Assembly (NCBI GenBank): GCA_035994985.1
Contig: DASYKZ010000013.1
Location: forward strand, 1,834 to 65,833
Length of the DNA stretch: 64,000 bases
Direction: 5' to 3'
DNA from: Minisyncoccota bacterium
GTDB lineage: Bacteria; Patescibacteriota; Minisyncoccia; Phycocordibacterales; UBA9973
This document shows positions 29,448-38,107 of this stretch, piece by piece. Below the pieces are notes generated by a model that did not search any database, was not told the DNA's origin, and was given only the letters and a program-made list of their open reading frames with translations. The position numbers and the translations under genes are program-made. Numbering within the stretch: the first letter of the stretch is position 1; every line of letters starts with the position of its first letter.

Positions 29448-30074
29448 ATGCCACACATTTTATTACATATTACTGACCCGGAAAAGATTTACTCAGAAAT
29501 TTCAAAAGCCCTTTTACCGCACAAGGAAAAAGAGGTTGCTTCCATGGTCTTTATCGTCGAAGGTTCTCTCGAAAATCCACGAATCGCCATACGATATCCC
29601 GGCAGAAAATTAGTAAAGAGAAACCTCACCTATCCGAGGGCAAACTCATCCCTATGGGCAAATCTTCTTGATTTTGAAGTGATTCCTTTCAATCAAGGTG
29701 AACAAGGAAACTCTAAAATTTTTACGTACGCAAATTTACTTAAAGACTTTGAGCTGTATAAAAAAGATAATAATCTTTTTTGGCAGATGCTGGAGGAACT
29801 ATATAATAAAAATACGATTACCAAAGAGCCACCAAAGCTTGAGGGTATAGACTCAAGACAATTTTTAGAAATGCTCAAATGGATGTGGCTTCAGGAAGAT
29901 TTAAATTACAAATTGTCTTGGCAGGAAGTCGGCTCTGAAATACCATATAGACTTCAAAATAAAACAGGAGGTCTTACCAGCAAGGGTGCCGGACGTGCAA
30001 AATTTTTTGCCGCTCTTGTTCTACTTAAAAACAATTACTTTGATTATAATACTGTTAGAAAAATAATACCTTAA
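29448..30074 (+). CDS. hypothetical protein, 208 aa (candidate restriction endonuclease partner of convergent MTase)
   Basis: Stop codon overlaps stop of convergent MTase gene by 4 nt; no recognisable motif. Confidence 0.45.
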   Translation: MPHILLHITDPEKIYSEISKALLPHKEKEVASMVFIVEGSLENPRIAIRYPGRKLVKRNLTYPRANSSLWANLLDFEVIPFNQGEQGNSKIFTYANLLKDFELYKKDNNLFWQMLEELYNKNTITKEPPKLEGIDSRQFLEMLKWMWLQEDLNYKLSWQEVGSEIPYRLQNKTGGLTSKGAGRAKFFAALVLLKNNYFDYNTVRKIIP

Positions 30075-31171
30075 GCTATTTTCTTGCCGCGCGGCCCTAG
30101 TTTATGAGTTTCGTCTATATAGCCCTTTTTTAAACGGTCATTTATGATGTCGCAATATTTTTTATCAATTTCTGCAGATATAAAGTTGCGATTCAGTTTT
30201 TTACAAACATCTATTTCTGCACCGCTCCCGCCAAAGAGAACAAAGACTGTATCTTTTGGCTTCGTCGCCCCTTTGATTAGCATCTCCGTCAATTTCTGAG
30301 GAATTTGGCAGGCGTGATTAGTTTTTTCTTTACTTACATTTTTTACCAGATTAAATTCAAACCAAGAGTACGGCATCCTGCCCTTGGAGCCATTTGCTAT
30401 ATTTTGCTTTACTCTTTTGTCCGTCGGATTTTTATAAGGAAGCGCCACAGCATCTTTGAAAAATTTATTGTGAGCACTTTTCCGTACGTGTAAAATACTT
30501 CGATGAGCTGTGGTAAATCTCCTCGGCGTATGTCCTACGTTTGTATTGTACACCCAGACATATTCATTGATATTTGGAAAAAGTAAATCAAGATACTTCA
30601 CCCGCAAGTGCGCATTCTGCTTGGGGTAATTGAGCATAAAAAGATTACCATCGGGCTTGAGGACACGCATAGACTCTTTAGTTAACTCTATATACCAGTT
30701 TATATAATCTTCAAATTTTCTAGTGTAATTATTTTCATTGTACTTTATGCCTACATTGTAATCAGGATCACCAAAAATCATATCTACACTGTTGTCTGGT
30801 AAATTTTTTAAAACGTGCATGACATCTCCGTTGTAAACTTTGTTCAAGTAATCAGATACTTTACCTTTTTCTTTCAAGTTATTTTTAACGGGCAGTATGA
30901 AGCCTGGAGTAACCATAGTATCTTGCTGTGACATTAAGTCCTTCATTGATTTCAATAGACGAATTGAGTGTTTTACACCTTTTTCTTTTACCAGATAGCC
31001 TTTCCTTTCTAAATAATCTACGTGTTGGTGCGCAGTAGGGATAGATACATTAAAATGACCTGCTATGTCACTTAAAGCAGGGGAATAGCTGTTTTTTTGT
31101 TGGAATTTATCCAAGTAATCAAAAAGCTGCGCTTGTTTTTTTGTAAGTTGTGAGTTTAATATTTTTGACAT
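30071..31171 (-). CDS. beta-class N4-cytosine/N6-adenine DNA methyltransferase with N-terminal LexA-like wHTH
   Basis: Motif IV variant MIFGDPDYN precedes motif I VLFGGSGAE (beta permutation); HTH SDIAGHFNVSIPTAHQHVDYLERKGYL; alternative upstream start 31228. Confidence 0.8.
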   Translation of the reverse strand: MSKILNSQLTKKQAQLFDYLDKFQQKNSYSPALSDIAGHFNVSIPTAHQHVDYLERKGYLVKEKGVKHSIRLLKSMKDLMSQQDTMVTPGFILPVKNNLKEKGKVSDYLNKVYNGDVMHVLKNLPDNSVDMIFGDPDYNVGIKYNENNYTRKFEDYINWYIELTKESMRVLKPDGNLFMLNYPKQNAHLRVKYLDLLFPNINEYVWVYNTNVGHTPRRFTTAHRSILHVRKSAHNKFFKDAVALPYKNPTDKRVKQNIANGSKGRMPYSWFEFNLVKNVSKEKTNHACQIPQKLTEMLIKGATKPKDTVFVLFGGSGAEIDVCKKLNRNFISAEIDKKYCDIINDRLKKGYIDETHKLGPRGKKIA

Positions 31172-31177
31172 ATATGT

Positions 31178-31227
31178 ACTGTATATTATAATACCTAAAC
31201 ATAACCTAAACAAGAGGTTTATCCACA
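31178..31227 (-). promoter_or_regulatory. MTase promoter/operator: TATAAT -10, direct repeats GTTTAGGT x2, and a perfect DnaA box TTATCCACA (31219-31227)
   Basis: Minus-strand reading: ttgtggataaacctcttGTTTAGGTtatGTTTAGGTatTATAATatacagtacatataATG. Confidence 0.45.
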
Positions 31228-31331
31228 AGAACAGGATTAAAAAGCACTGAAGCTCAATTAAGATGGTTGCGGTAGGGGGGGATTGAAGTTATAGAGTTTT
31301 TTAAGTATAATTCATAAAGCGAAATAATTTA

Positions 31332-33185
31332 ATGCGATATATAGGAAATAAGACAAGACTAATTAACAACATATCTGATTTTGTTAAAGATAATAATATA
31401 AAAGGTAAATCTTTTTGTGATATTTTTTCGGGCACAGGCAGCGTGAGTGATTTTTTTAAATCAGATTATAAGATAATAGCGAACGATTTCTTATTTTGTT
31501 CAGCAGTAATAACAAGAGCCAAAATATATAATAACAAGGAACCGAAATTTAAAAAATTTGTAGATAAATATGGGATAGACCCATTTAATTATTTTAGAAA
31601 TAAAACACATATTTACAAAAAACATTATTTTGTTACAAATAACTATTCACCAAAAGCAAATCGTAAATTTTTTTCCGAAGAAAACTCTATTGCGATAGAC
31701 TCGATTAGAATTGAAATTGAAGAAATTTATAAAAATTTTATTTTTGATGAGAAAGAGTATTATTTTTTGTTGGGAAGTTTGCTGGAAAGTGTAATGAGTT
31801 TTTCTAATACAAGTGGTACCTATGAAGCATTTCTCAAAACATGGGACAAAAGAGCTCTAAAAAAGTTTTTTTTATCTCCAATTAAAATCAATGAAACTAA
31901 GGTTGTAAATGTTGATAATAAAGTATATAACGAAGACGCTAATTCTTTAATTAGAAAAATTGGTGGCGATGTGCTGTACATAGACCCCCCTTACACAATT
32001 ACAGAATATTCATCTGCTTATCATGTATTAGAAACTATTGCTCGTTATGATTATCCTGAAGTAGCTGGAATTACTGCACGCAGAATAGATAATGATAAAA
32101 AATCATCTTATACAAGAGTAAAGACTGCACTCATGTCTTTCGAAGATTTAATAAGACAAGCTCAGTTTAACGATATAATCATAAGTTATAGCAATCAGTC
32201 AATTATACCCTTAAAAGAATTAGAAAAAATGTTATCTCGTTATTCTATAGATGGAAAAATTAACAAAAAACTTATTAATTATAGAGAGTATAGAAACATC
32301 CGCTCAAGCAAAAAAACTCCAGGATTGTTTGAGGTTTTAATTCATATTAAGAAGAACAATGAAATTATTAAGTCTCCCTTGAATTATTCTGGAAGCAAAG
32401 ATAATTTAATGAATCAAATTCATAAGTACTTACCGGAACATATAACCACTTTTGTTGATGTGATGGGAGGAGCTTTTAATGTAGGGGTAAATATTATTGC
32501 TGATGAAGTTATTTATAATGAGTACAATCCTTTTGTTTATGAATTGATAAAAAAATTATTGAAATCAAATTCAAAAGAAACTATAAAATATATAGAAAAT
32601 AAAATTAGTATACATTCCTTAAAGAAAGGTAACTCACTAAAGTATAATATTTTCAGAAATATATATAACAAATCTAAAAAATCGTTAGATTTGTTTATTC
32701 TAACAACCTTTTGTTTTCAAAATCAAATACGGTTTAATTCGTCTCTAGATTTCAATACACCAGTTGGGAATTGTGCGTATAACTCGACTATTCGAGATAG
32801 GCTTGAAAAATTCAAACCAAAAACAAAAAAAATAAGATTTTTAAATGAAGATTTTTTGAAGATAAATTTTAATAAATACGACAAAGAAATATTATTTTAT
32901 TTTGATCCACCTTATTTTATTACTAATGCAACCTATAATGATGGAAAAAGGGGATTTAATGGTTGGGATGCAGATTTAGAGGCAAAAATGTTAGAATACA
33001 TTTCAGCTGTTCATAATGGCGGTTTCAGATTTATTCTATCAAACATTTTATACCATAAGAATAAAGAAAATCATTTATTATTAGAATGGATAGAGTCACA
33101 CAATTTTAACATTGTTGAATTACAACACCCCACTCGAAAGGAGGTTTTAATTACTAACTATAATTTAAATAATGGTATAAGATAA
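31332..33185 (+). CDS. fused tandem Dam-like (D12-class) N6-adenine DNA methyltransferase (two complete MTase domains in one polypeptide)
   Basis: Domain 1: YIGNKTRL..FSGTGSV and IDPPY; domain 2: YSGSKDNL..MGGAFNVG and FDPPY. Confidence 0.8.
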   Translation: MRYIGNKTRLINNISDFVKDNNIKGKSFCDIFSGTGSVSDFFKSDYKIIANDFLFCSAVITRAKIYNNKEPKFKKFVDKYGIDPFNYFRNKTHIYKKHYFVTNNYSPKANRKFFSEENSIAIDSIRIEIEEIYKNFIFDEKEYYFLLGSLLESVMSFSNTSGTYEAFLKTWDKRALKKFFLSPIKINETKVVNVDNKVYNEDANSLIRKIGGDVLYIDPPYTITEYSSAYHVLETIARYDYPEVAGITARRIDNDKKSSYTRVKTALMSFEDLIRQAQFNDIIISYSNQSIIPLKELEKMLSRYSIDGKINKKLINYREYRNIRSSKKTPGLFEVLIHIKKNNEIIKSPLNYSGSKDNLMNQIHKYLPEHITTFVDVMGGAFNVGVNIIADEVIYNEYNPFVYELIKKLLKSNSKETIKYIENKISIHSLKKGNSLKYNIFRNIYNKSKKSLDLFILTTFCFQNQIRFNSSLDFNTPVGNCAYNSTIRDRLEKFKPKTKKIRFLNEDFLKINFNKYDKEILFYFDPPYFITNATYNDGKRGFNGWDADLEAKMLEYISAVHNGGFRFILSNILYHKNKENHLLLEWIESHNFNIVELQHPTRKEVLITNYNLNNGIR

Positions 33186-33190
33186 CAAAT

Positions 33191-34552
33191 ATGGAAGAAA
33201 ATATACTTAAAATAAATAAAAAATTTTACGACTCACTAAGTGAAGGTGATAACAAGAAAGTATTAAAAATTTATGGATATAACTCGCCAGACGAATTCTT
33301 ATCTGGCGTAATTAGTAAGTTGAATGAGGAATACAGTTTCTTGAAAATAAATAAGTTTAATTTTTTATCTACTGAGGAGATCGTCGACTATCATACATAC
33401 AACGGATTTATTAGTGGTAAATTTGTTGATTATGATTTAATCACAGTATCCTTTACTACAATAAAAGGTAAAGAAGGAAATGTGTTTATGAGTCAGCAAG
33501 TTATGCCGATGATAACGAGTAAGTTAAAAAATGATAAAAAATTTATATTGAGCAATAGAGTAAAGAAAATATGCTTACTAACAACACATAAATCTGATAT
33601 TTACTCACCTGACAAGAATATAATAACTGATAGTGGTATTTCAAATATTCAGATGAGTGTTAAATATATAAATACGATAGGCTTTGACATAGTTGATATT
33701 TTCCATATTAAGAACCTAAGCACGAAATCAAGATACTATAATATCGATGAATTAATTGATCACTCAAATTATTTACAGAAAAAAAATCCAACAAACTCAC
33801 AATTTCAACAAATAACAAAAAAAGATTATGTATATAGTGCTGATTTTGAAAATGAACCAGTTGGACAAGAAGTTAAATTTTTTGCCTTAAAATTATATGC
33901 AGCAGTTATTTTATTAAAAGGCAGAAATATCCATATTGATAATGCATTACAGAAAAGCAATGATATTACTCTGCAGGTTTTAAATGATTTTATTCAATAT
34001 CTCTTAAACATTGATATATCTTTATACAATATATTCAAGGATTTATCCGAAGAAATAGAATATGAGACAGAAATTGACACAAGTACAATGCCTGAAGAAG
34101 CAGTTAGACCTAAAAAAGATGATTCCATGCCTGGTCATAAACAACAACCAATATATAGCTTTAATGCAAAAGGACGAAAAATATACAAAACACAAAGAAT
34201 ATTCAAAAAGAATGCATTTGAAATTCATGGTTATTTTTGTGCTTGCCATGAAGAAAAACATTATTATTTCACATCTGAGGCAACTAATAAAAAATACGTT
34301 GAGGGTCATCACATGATACCAATGGAGTTCCAAGATCAATATTGGAAAGATAGGCAAATTAATCTTGATTGCACTATTAATTTAATTCCACTTTGCTCTC
34401 ATTGTCATGGGAAAATACATAAGTCCATTAAACCTGAACGAGTGCAGATAATCACAGAAGTTTATAATAAACACAAAGATCAACTACTTACAATAGATAG
34501 TAAACTTACATTTGATAAGTTCGCAGAACTCTATAACGTCTATATTTACTAA
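33191..34552 (+). CDS. putative restriction endonuclease with C-terminal HNH nuclease domain
   Basis: YVEGHHMIP...NLIPLCSHCHGKIH HNH motif; large N-terminal putative recognition domain; immediately downstream of MTase. Confidence 0.7.
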   Translation: MEENILKINKKFYDSLSEGDNKKVLKIYGYNSPDEFLSGVISKLNEEYSFLKINKFNFLSTEEIVDYHTYNGFISGKFVDYDLITVSFTTIKGKEGNVFMSQQVMPMITSKLKNDKKFILSNRVKKICLLTTHKSDIYSPDKNIITDSGISNIQMSVKYINTIGFDIVDIFHIKNLSTKSRYYNIDELIDHSNYLQKKNPTNSQFQQITKKDYVYSADFENEPVGQEVKFFALKLYAAVILLKGRNIHIDNALQKSNDITLQVLNDFIQYLLNIDISLYNIFKDLSEEIEYETEIDTSTMPEEAVRPKKDDSMPGHKQQPIYSFNAKGRKIYKTQRIFKKNAFEIHGYFCACHEEKHYYFTSEATNKKYVEGHHMIPMEFQDQYWKDRQINLDCTINLIPLCSHCHGKIHKSIKPERVQIITEVYNKHKDQLLTIDSKLTFDKFAELYNVYIY

Positions 34553-34638
34553 AATCGTAGGAGTATTTTAATTGTTTTAATTTTTAAATAAGTTTCAACA
34601 TTGCCCCAAACTCTCAACAACTATGCTAAAATTATTCA

Positions 34639-35034
34639 ATGTTATTGAATAGAATTTTGGATTTCAATATACTTGTACTGCGGAAGAAAAAGTATACACG
34701 GTGGGACTATAAAAAATACAAGGAGGAAGCTCGGGCTTTGGTTCGTGAGAAGATTGCCCGACTGAATGCGCACTATGGTTTCAAAGTAGGGAAGGTGGCG
34801 ATACGGGATACAAAGTCCCGCTGGGGCAGCTGCTCAAAGCAGGGGAATTTGAATTTCAATTATAAAATTTTATTTCTTCCGTCGCATATTGCCGACTATA
34901 TTATTGCGCACGAATTGTGCCATTTGAAGGAATTTAATCATTCTGTAAACTTTTGGAACTTGGTCAATGAGGTGGCACCAAATCACAAGGCTATCCGGGC
35001 CGAACTCAAGCGGACTGCGCATCTTTACCGATAA
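34639..35034 (+). CDS. YgjP/DUF45 family (M48-like zinc metallohydrolase), short/N-terminally truncated
   Basis: WGSCS..., HELCHLKEFNHSVNFW motif; in-frame stop 4 codons upstream of ATG. Confidence 0.55.
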   Translation: MLLNRILDFNILVLRKKKYTRWDYKKYKEEARALVREKIARLNAHYGFKVGKVAIRDTKSRWGSCSKQGNLNFNYKILFLPSHIADYIIAHELCHLKEFNHSVNFWNLVNEVAPNHKAIRAELKRTAHLYR

Positions 35035-35111
35035 AAAATTGTAATTAATTTGTATTTTATACGTCTTATATTATTATAAGGTCGCTTTTATTAATCAACA
35101 ATAATAAAAAC

Positions 35112-35459
35112 ATGAATTCTTATAATTATATAACTACAGAAGAAAAAGTTTACGACGAAGGGCTGGTCACCTGGTATCTCCTTGATTTGGTCCAGCTTCT
35201 TTTAATATTCCGCTTCTTCTTAAAGCTTGCCGGCGCAAACCCTGTCGGCATGTTTACGAATTTTATTTATCAGGTTACAAATGTGCTCGTCTCTCCGTTT
35301 GTCGGCATTGCAAACTCCATATCCATACAAAATGCCGGAGTGTTTGAGTGGAGTTCTTTCTTTGCCATATTTGTGTATTATCTCGTGGCTGTAGCTATAA
35401 TCAGGCTCTTTTTTACGAGCAGAGTAGTCTCGCTGCACCAGCAGGCCCAAGTAAAATAA
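35112..35459 (+). CDS. YggT family membrane protein (paralog 2)
   Basis: LIFRFFLKLAGANPVGMFTNFIYQVTNVLVSPFV. Confidence 0.65.
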   Translation: MNSYNYITTEEKVYDEGLVTWYLLDLVQLLLIFRFFLKLAGANPVGMFTNFIYQVTNVLVSPFVGIANSISIQNAGVFEWSSFFAIFVYYLVAVAIIRLFFTSRVVSLHQQAQVK

Positions 35460-35463
35460 TCTT

Positions 35464-35598
35464 ATGATTACCAAACGCAAAGAGGGATACCATGTGGTTT
35501 CCGAGAAGGGGAAGAACCTAGGCGGGCCATATAAGACCCGGGCAGAGGCGGCAAAGCGCTTACAGCAGGTGGAGTACTTTAAGCACAAAAAGAAATAA
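35464..35598 (+). CDS. small basic hypothetical protein (44 aa; MITKRKEGYHVVSEKGKNLGGPYKTRAEAAKRLQQVEYFKHKKK)
   Basis: Found by eye, not in ORF track (<60 aa). Confidence 0.3.
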   Translation: MITKRKEGYHVVSEKGKNLGGPYKTRAEAAKRLQQVEYFKHKKK

Positions 35599-35632
35599 AG
35601 GCAAAAAATAGGAAAAGTGCTATAATTTCTAC

Positions 35633-36124
35633 ATGATTACAAAAGATGAATATATTAAAAGTTTGGTTCACGAGATAGATATTATCAAGCACCTGTACAC
35701 GAAGATAGACGCCAGTAAATTGGATTATCGGCCGACGCCAAAACAGCGCTCGACCTTGGAGCTGCTCCAATACTTGGGGCAAGCTGTGCATACTCCTATT
35801 AGCGCTTATATTGCCGGCAATCAGGAAAAATACATCGAGCTTATGGGAAATAAAGAGCTCGTTACCTATGAAAATTTTATCCAAAAGATGGATGAACAGG
35901 CAGCCTTTGTGAAAGAAACTGGGGGCACTCTCTCCGAAGAAGACCTAAAAAAAGAATCTACGATTTTTGGACACACGGCTAGTCTGGCTATGCACCTGCT
36001 CCATACCCTGCAATCAGTCACTGCTTATAAGATGCAGCTATTTCTGTATATAAAAGAAAGCGGCAATGCGGACATAGGCACGAGTAATGTATGGGCCGGA
36101 AAGGATGCGCCGGTAAAGGGATAG
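35633..36124 (+). CDS. DinB/YfiT-like (DinB_2) four-helix-bundle protein
   Basis: DYRPTPKQRSTLELLQYLG pattern; TATAAT 7 nt upstream of ATG. Confidence 0.4.
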   Translation: MITKDEYIKSLVHEIDIIKHLYTKIDASKLDYRPTPKQRSTLELLQYLGQAVHTPISAYIAGNQEKYIELMGNKELVTYENFIQKMDEQAAFVKETGGTLSEEDLKKESTIFGHTASLAMHLLHTLQSVTAYKMQLFLYIKESGNADIGTSNVWAGKDAPVKG

Positions 36125-36152
36125 ATTGTAATAAAATTAACAGTTAGCCGTC

Positions 36153-36521
36153 ATGTCATATATGGAACACAACAAAGGAAATGCGGGCATTATCGCTTTA
36201 TTAGTAATTCTTCTTTTATTTGCAGGGTATCTTTACTATAACCCAAGCACCGGGTATCAGCGGGTATCCGGCACCAGTCTGACGGCTACTCCATATTATT
36301 CCACCTATCCTACAGTGCCGAGCTATTCTTCTTCCAATAGCCGGGCATACTCTTATTCTCAAACTCCAGCCAGAGCTTCTTCTGCGGGGTATTCGTACTA
36401 CACTGCTCCCGCTTCTACATACACGACCACGACGACATACCCATCGTATCCAGCTCAACAAAATTGCTACATCACGAGCTACAATCCATACGACGGCAGC
36501 CCCATCACTACGTGCCAATAA
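36153..36521 (+). CDS. membrane-anchored Tyr/Ser/Thr/Pro-rich low-complexity protein
   Basis: TM helix then YSxY/TTTTYPSYP repeats. Confidence 0.4.
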   Translation: MSYMEHNKGNAGIIALLVILLLFAGYLYYNPSTGYQRVSGTSLTATPYYSTYPTVPSYSSSNSRAYSYSQTPARASSAGYSYYTAPASTYTTTTTYPSYPAQQNCYITSYNPYDGSPITTCQ

Positions 36522-36589
36522 AAATACCTGGCATGCAATAAAATAATTTAAATATTTTTAATCTTTCAAATATATAGTACAATTGCTGT

Positions 36590-37312
36590 ATGGCTGCTTT
36601 GCATAACCCGATAACTCATAGGGAAGAAAATAATTTTAAAACTAATTCCAGGCTCAATTGGCTGCGGGCGGCAGTCTTGGGTGCCAACGACGGTATCGTT
36701 TCGGTGGCATCTGTCGTCGTCGGCGTCGCTGGAGCTACGGATAGCCGAAGCTTTGTCTTGACTGCCGGTGTAGCGGCACTTGTCGCCGGAGCTTTGTCTA
36801 TGGCCGTGGGGGAGTATGTGTCGGTAAGCTCGCAACGTGACACCGAAAGAGCATTGCTTGCCAAAGAGCGCATCGAGCTCGAAACCATGCCCGAAGAAGA
36901 ACTGGAAGAACTTACGCAAATTTATGAAAAGAAAGGCCTGTCCCGGTCAACGGCTGAAGTAGTCGCCAAAGAATTGACGGCACATGATGCCTTTGCCGCG
37001 CACGTGGATGCCGAGCTGCATATCGACCCGGATGATTTGACCAATCCCATGCACGCGGCCTATGCCTCCGCTCTTGCTTTTTTCTCCGGAGCCATCATTC
37101 CCATCTTGGCTATTCTTTTATCATCTGCACGGACGCATGTGCTGGCGACATTTATTTCTTGCATCATCGCCCTTATCATCACCGGAATGCTCTCGGCTTA
37201 TGTAGGCGGGGCAAACAAGCTCACCGCTACGGTGCGGGTAGTGCTCGGGGGAATATTGGCCATGCTCGTGACCTTTGGAATTGGGAAGCTGTTTGGCGTA
37301 TCCGGCGTCTAA
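36590..37312 (+). CDS. VIT1/CCC1 family iron/manganese transporter
   Basis: RLNWLRAAVLGANDGIVSVASVV signature; 5 TM. Confidence 0.8.
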   Translation: MAALHNPITHREENNFKTNSRLNWLRAAVLGANDGIVSVASVVVGVAGATDSRSFVLTAGVAALVAGALSMAVGEYVSVSSQRDTERALLAKERIELETMPEEELEELTQIYEKKGLSRSTAEVVAKELTAHDAFAAHVDAELHIDPDDLTNPMHAAYASALAFFSGAIIPILAILLSSARTHVLATFISCIIALIITGMLSAYVGGANKLTATVRVVLGGILAMLVTFGIGKLFGVSGV

Positions 37313-37422
37313 AAATATTTTGTAAATATATTGTAAGTTTTTTTCATCTTGCACGTCATAATAAAATGTACGTGTTTTTTAATAAAGGTCATTTTATTAG
37401 CAATTAATATAAAAATAATAAT

Positions 37423-37575
37423 ATGGATCAAGATAATAATAACCAAAATAATAACGGACAAGGCATGGGGTCATCTTCCACAGACACCAAAACTTGCCCA
37501 AATTGCGGCAGCAGCATGTCCAAGAAAGGCGATAAATGGATGTGCGACAATTGCAAAAACGAAATGTCTGCTTAG
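37423..37575 (+). CDS. small zinc-ribbon protein (50 aa, CPNCG...CDNC)
   Basis: Found by eye, not in ORF track; sits immediately upstream of lmo0937-like paralog 2. Confidence 0.4.
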   Translation: MDQDNNNQNNNGQGMGSSSTDTKTCPNCGSSMSKKGDKWMCDNCKNEMSA

Positions 37576-37605
37576 AGATTATTAACCTAACCTTAAATCA
37601 ATCAT

Positions 37606-37761
37606 ATGCTTACAACAATCGCAATCGTTTTAGTCGCGCTATGGCTTCTGGGCTTCGTTGGTTTTCACGTGCTCGGCAGCTTTATTCATATTCTTTTGGT
37701 AATAGCGATTATCCTTTTCCTCGTACGCCTTATCCAAGGGAGGAATCCTATAGCCAGCTAG
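37606..37761 (+). CDS. small membrane protein, lmo0937-like family (paralog 2)
   Basis: MLTTIAIVLVALWLLGFVGFHVLGSFIHILLVIAIILFLVRLIQGRNPIAS; ~70% nt identity to 26221-26373. Confidence 0.55.
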   Translation: MLTTIAIVLVALWLLGFVGFHVLGSFIHILLVIAIILFLVRLIQGRNPIAS

Positions 37762-37897
37762 GCGTAAGAAACTTAAATCTCAATCGTCAATATTACATAG
37801 TTAGCCTCGACTGAAAAACTGGGATTTATTCTGGTAGACAAGTCGGGGCTAACGACGTTTAAGGCGACATTATTAATATATAATCAATATAAATTTT

Positions 37898-38107
37898 ATG
37901 CCAAAATACGGACCAAAAGCAGGAAAGAAAATAGAAAAGGTGATGCATGAGTGGAAGAAAGGGACGCTGAAAAGCGGCAAGAGCAATAAAAAAGTGCGTA
38001 GCCGCAAGCAGGCCATCGCCATAGGTATTTCCGAAGCTCGCCGGGCCGGAACTAAAGTTCCTAAAAAGAAAAAAGCCAAAGCCCAAAAAAGTAAAAAGAA
38101 TTCTTAA
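37898..38107 (+). CDS. small basic conserved protein (MPKYGPKAGKKIEKVMHEWKKGTLKSG...)
   Basis: 69-aa ORF, Lys-rich tail. Confidence 0.45.
   Translation: MPKYGPKAGKKIEKVMHEWKKGTLKSGKSNKKVRSRKQAIAIGISEARRAGTKVPKKKKAKAQKSKKNS

Noticed and set aside
37349-37585. 78-aa ORF-track protein at 37349-37585
   Set aside because: Low-complexity I/K-rich translation. An in-phase-shifted 50-aa zinc-ribbon ORF (37423-37575, CPNCG...CDNC) is a far better coding candidate for the same DNA.
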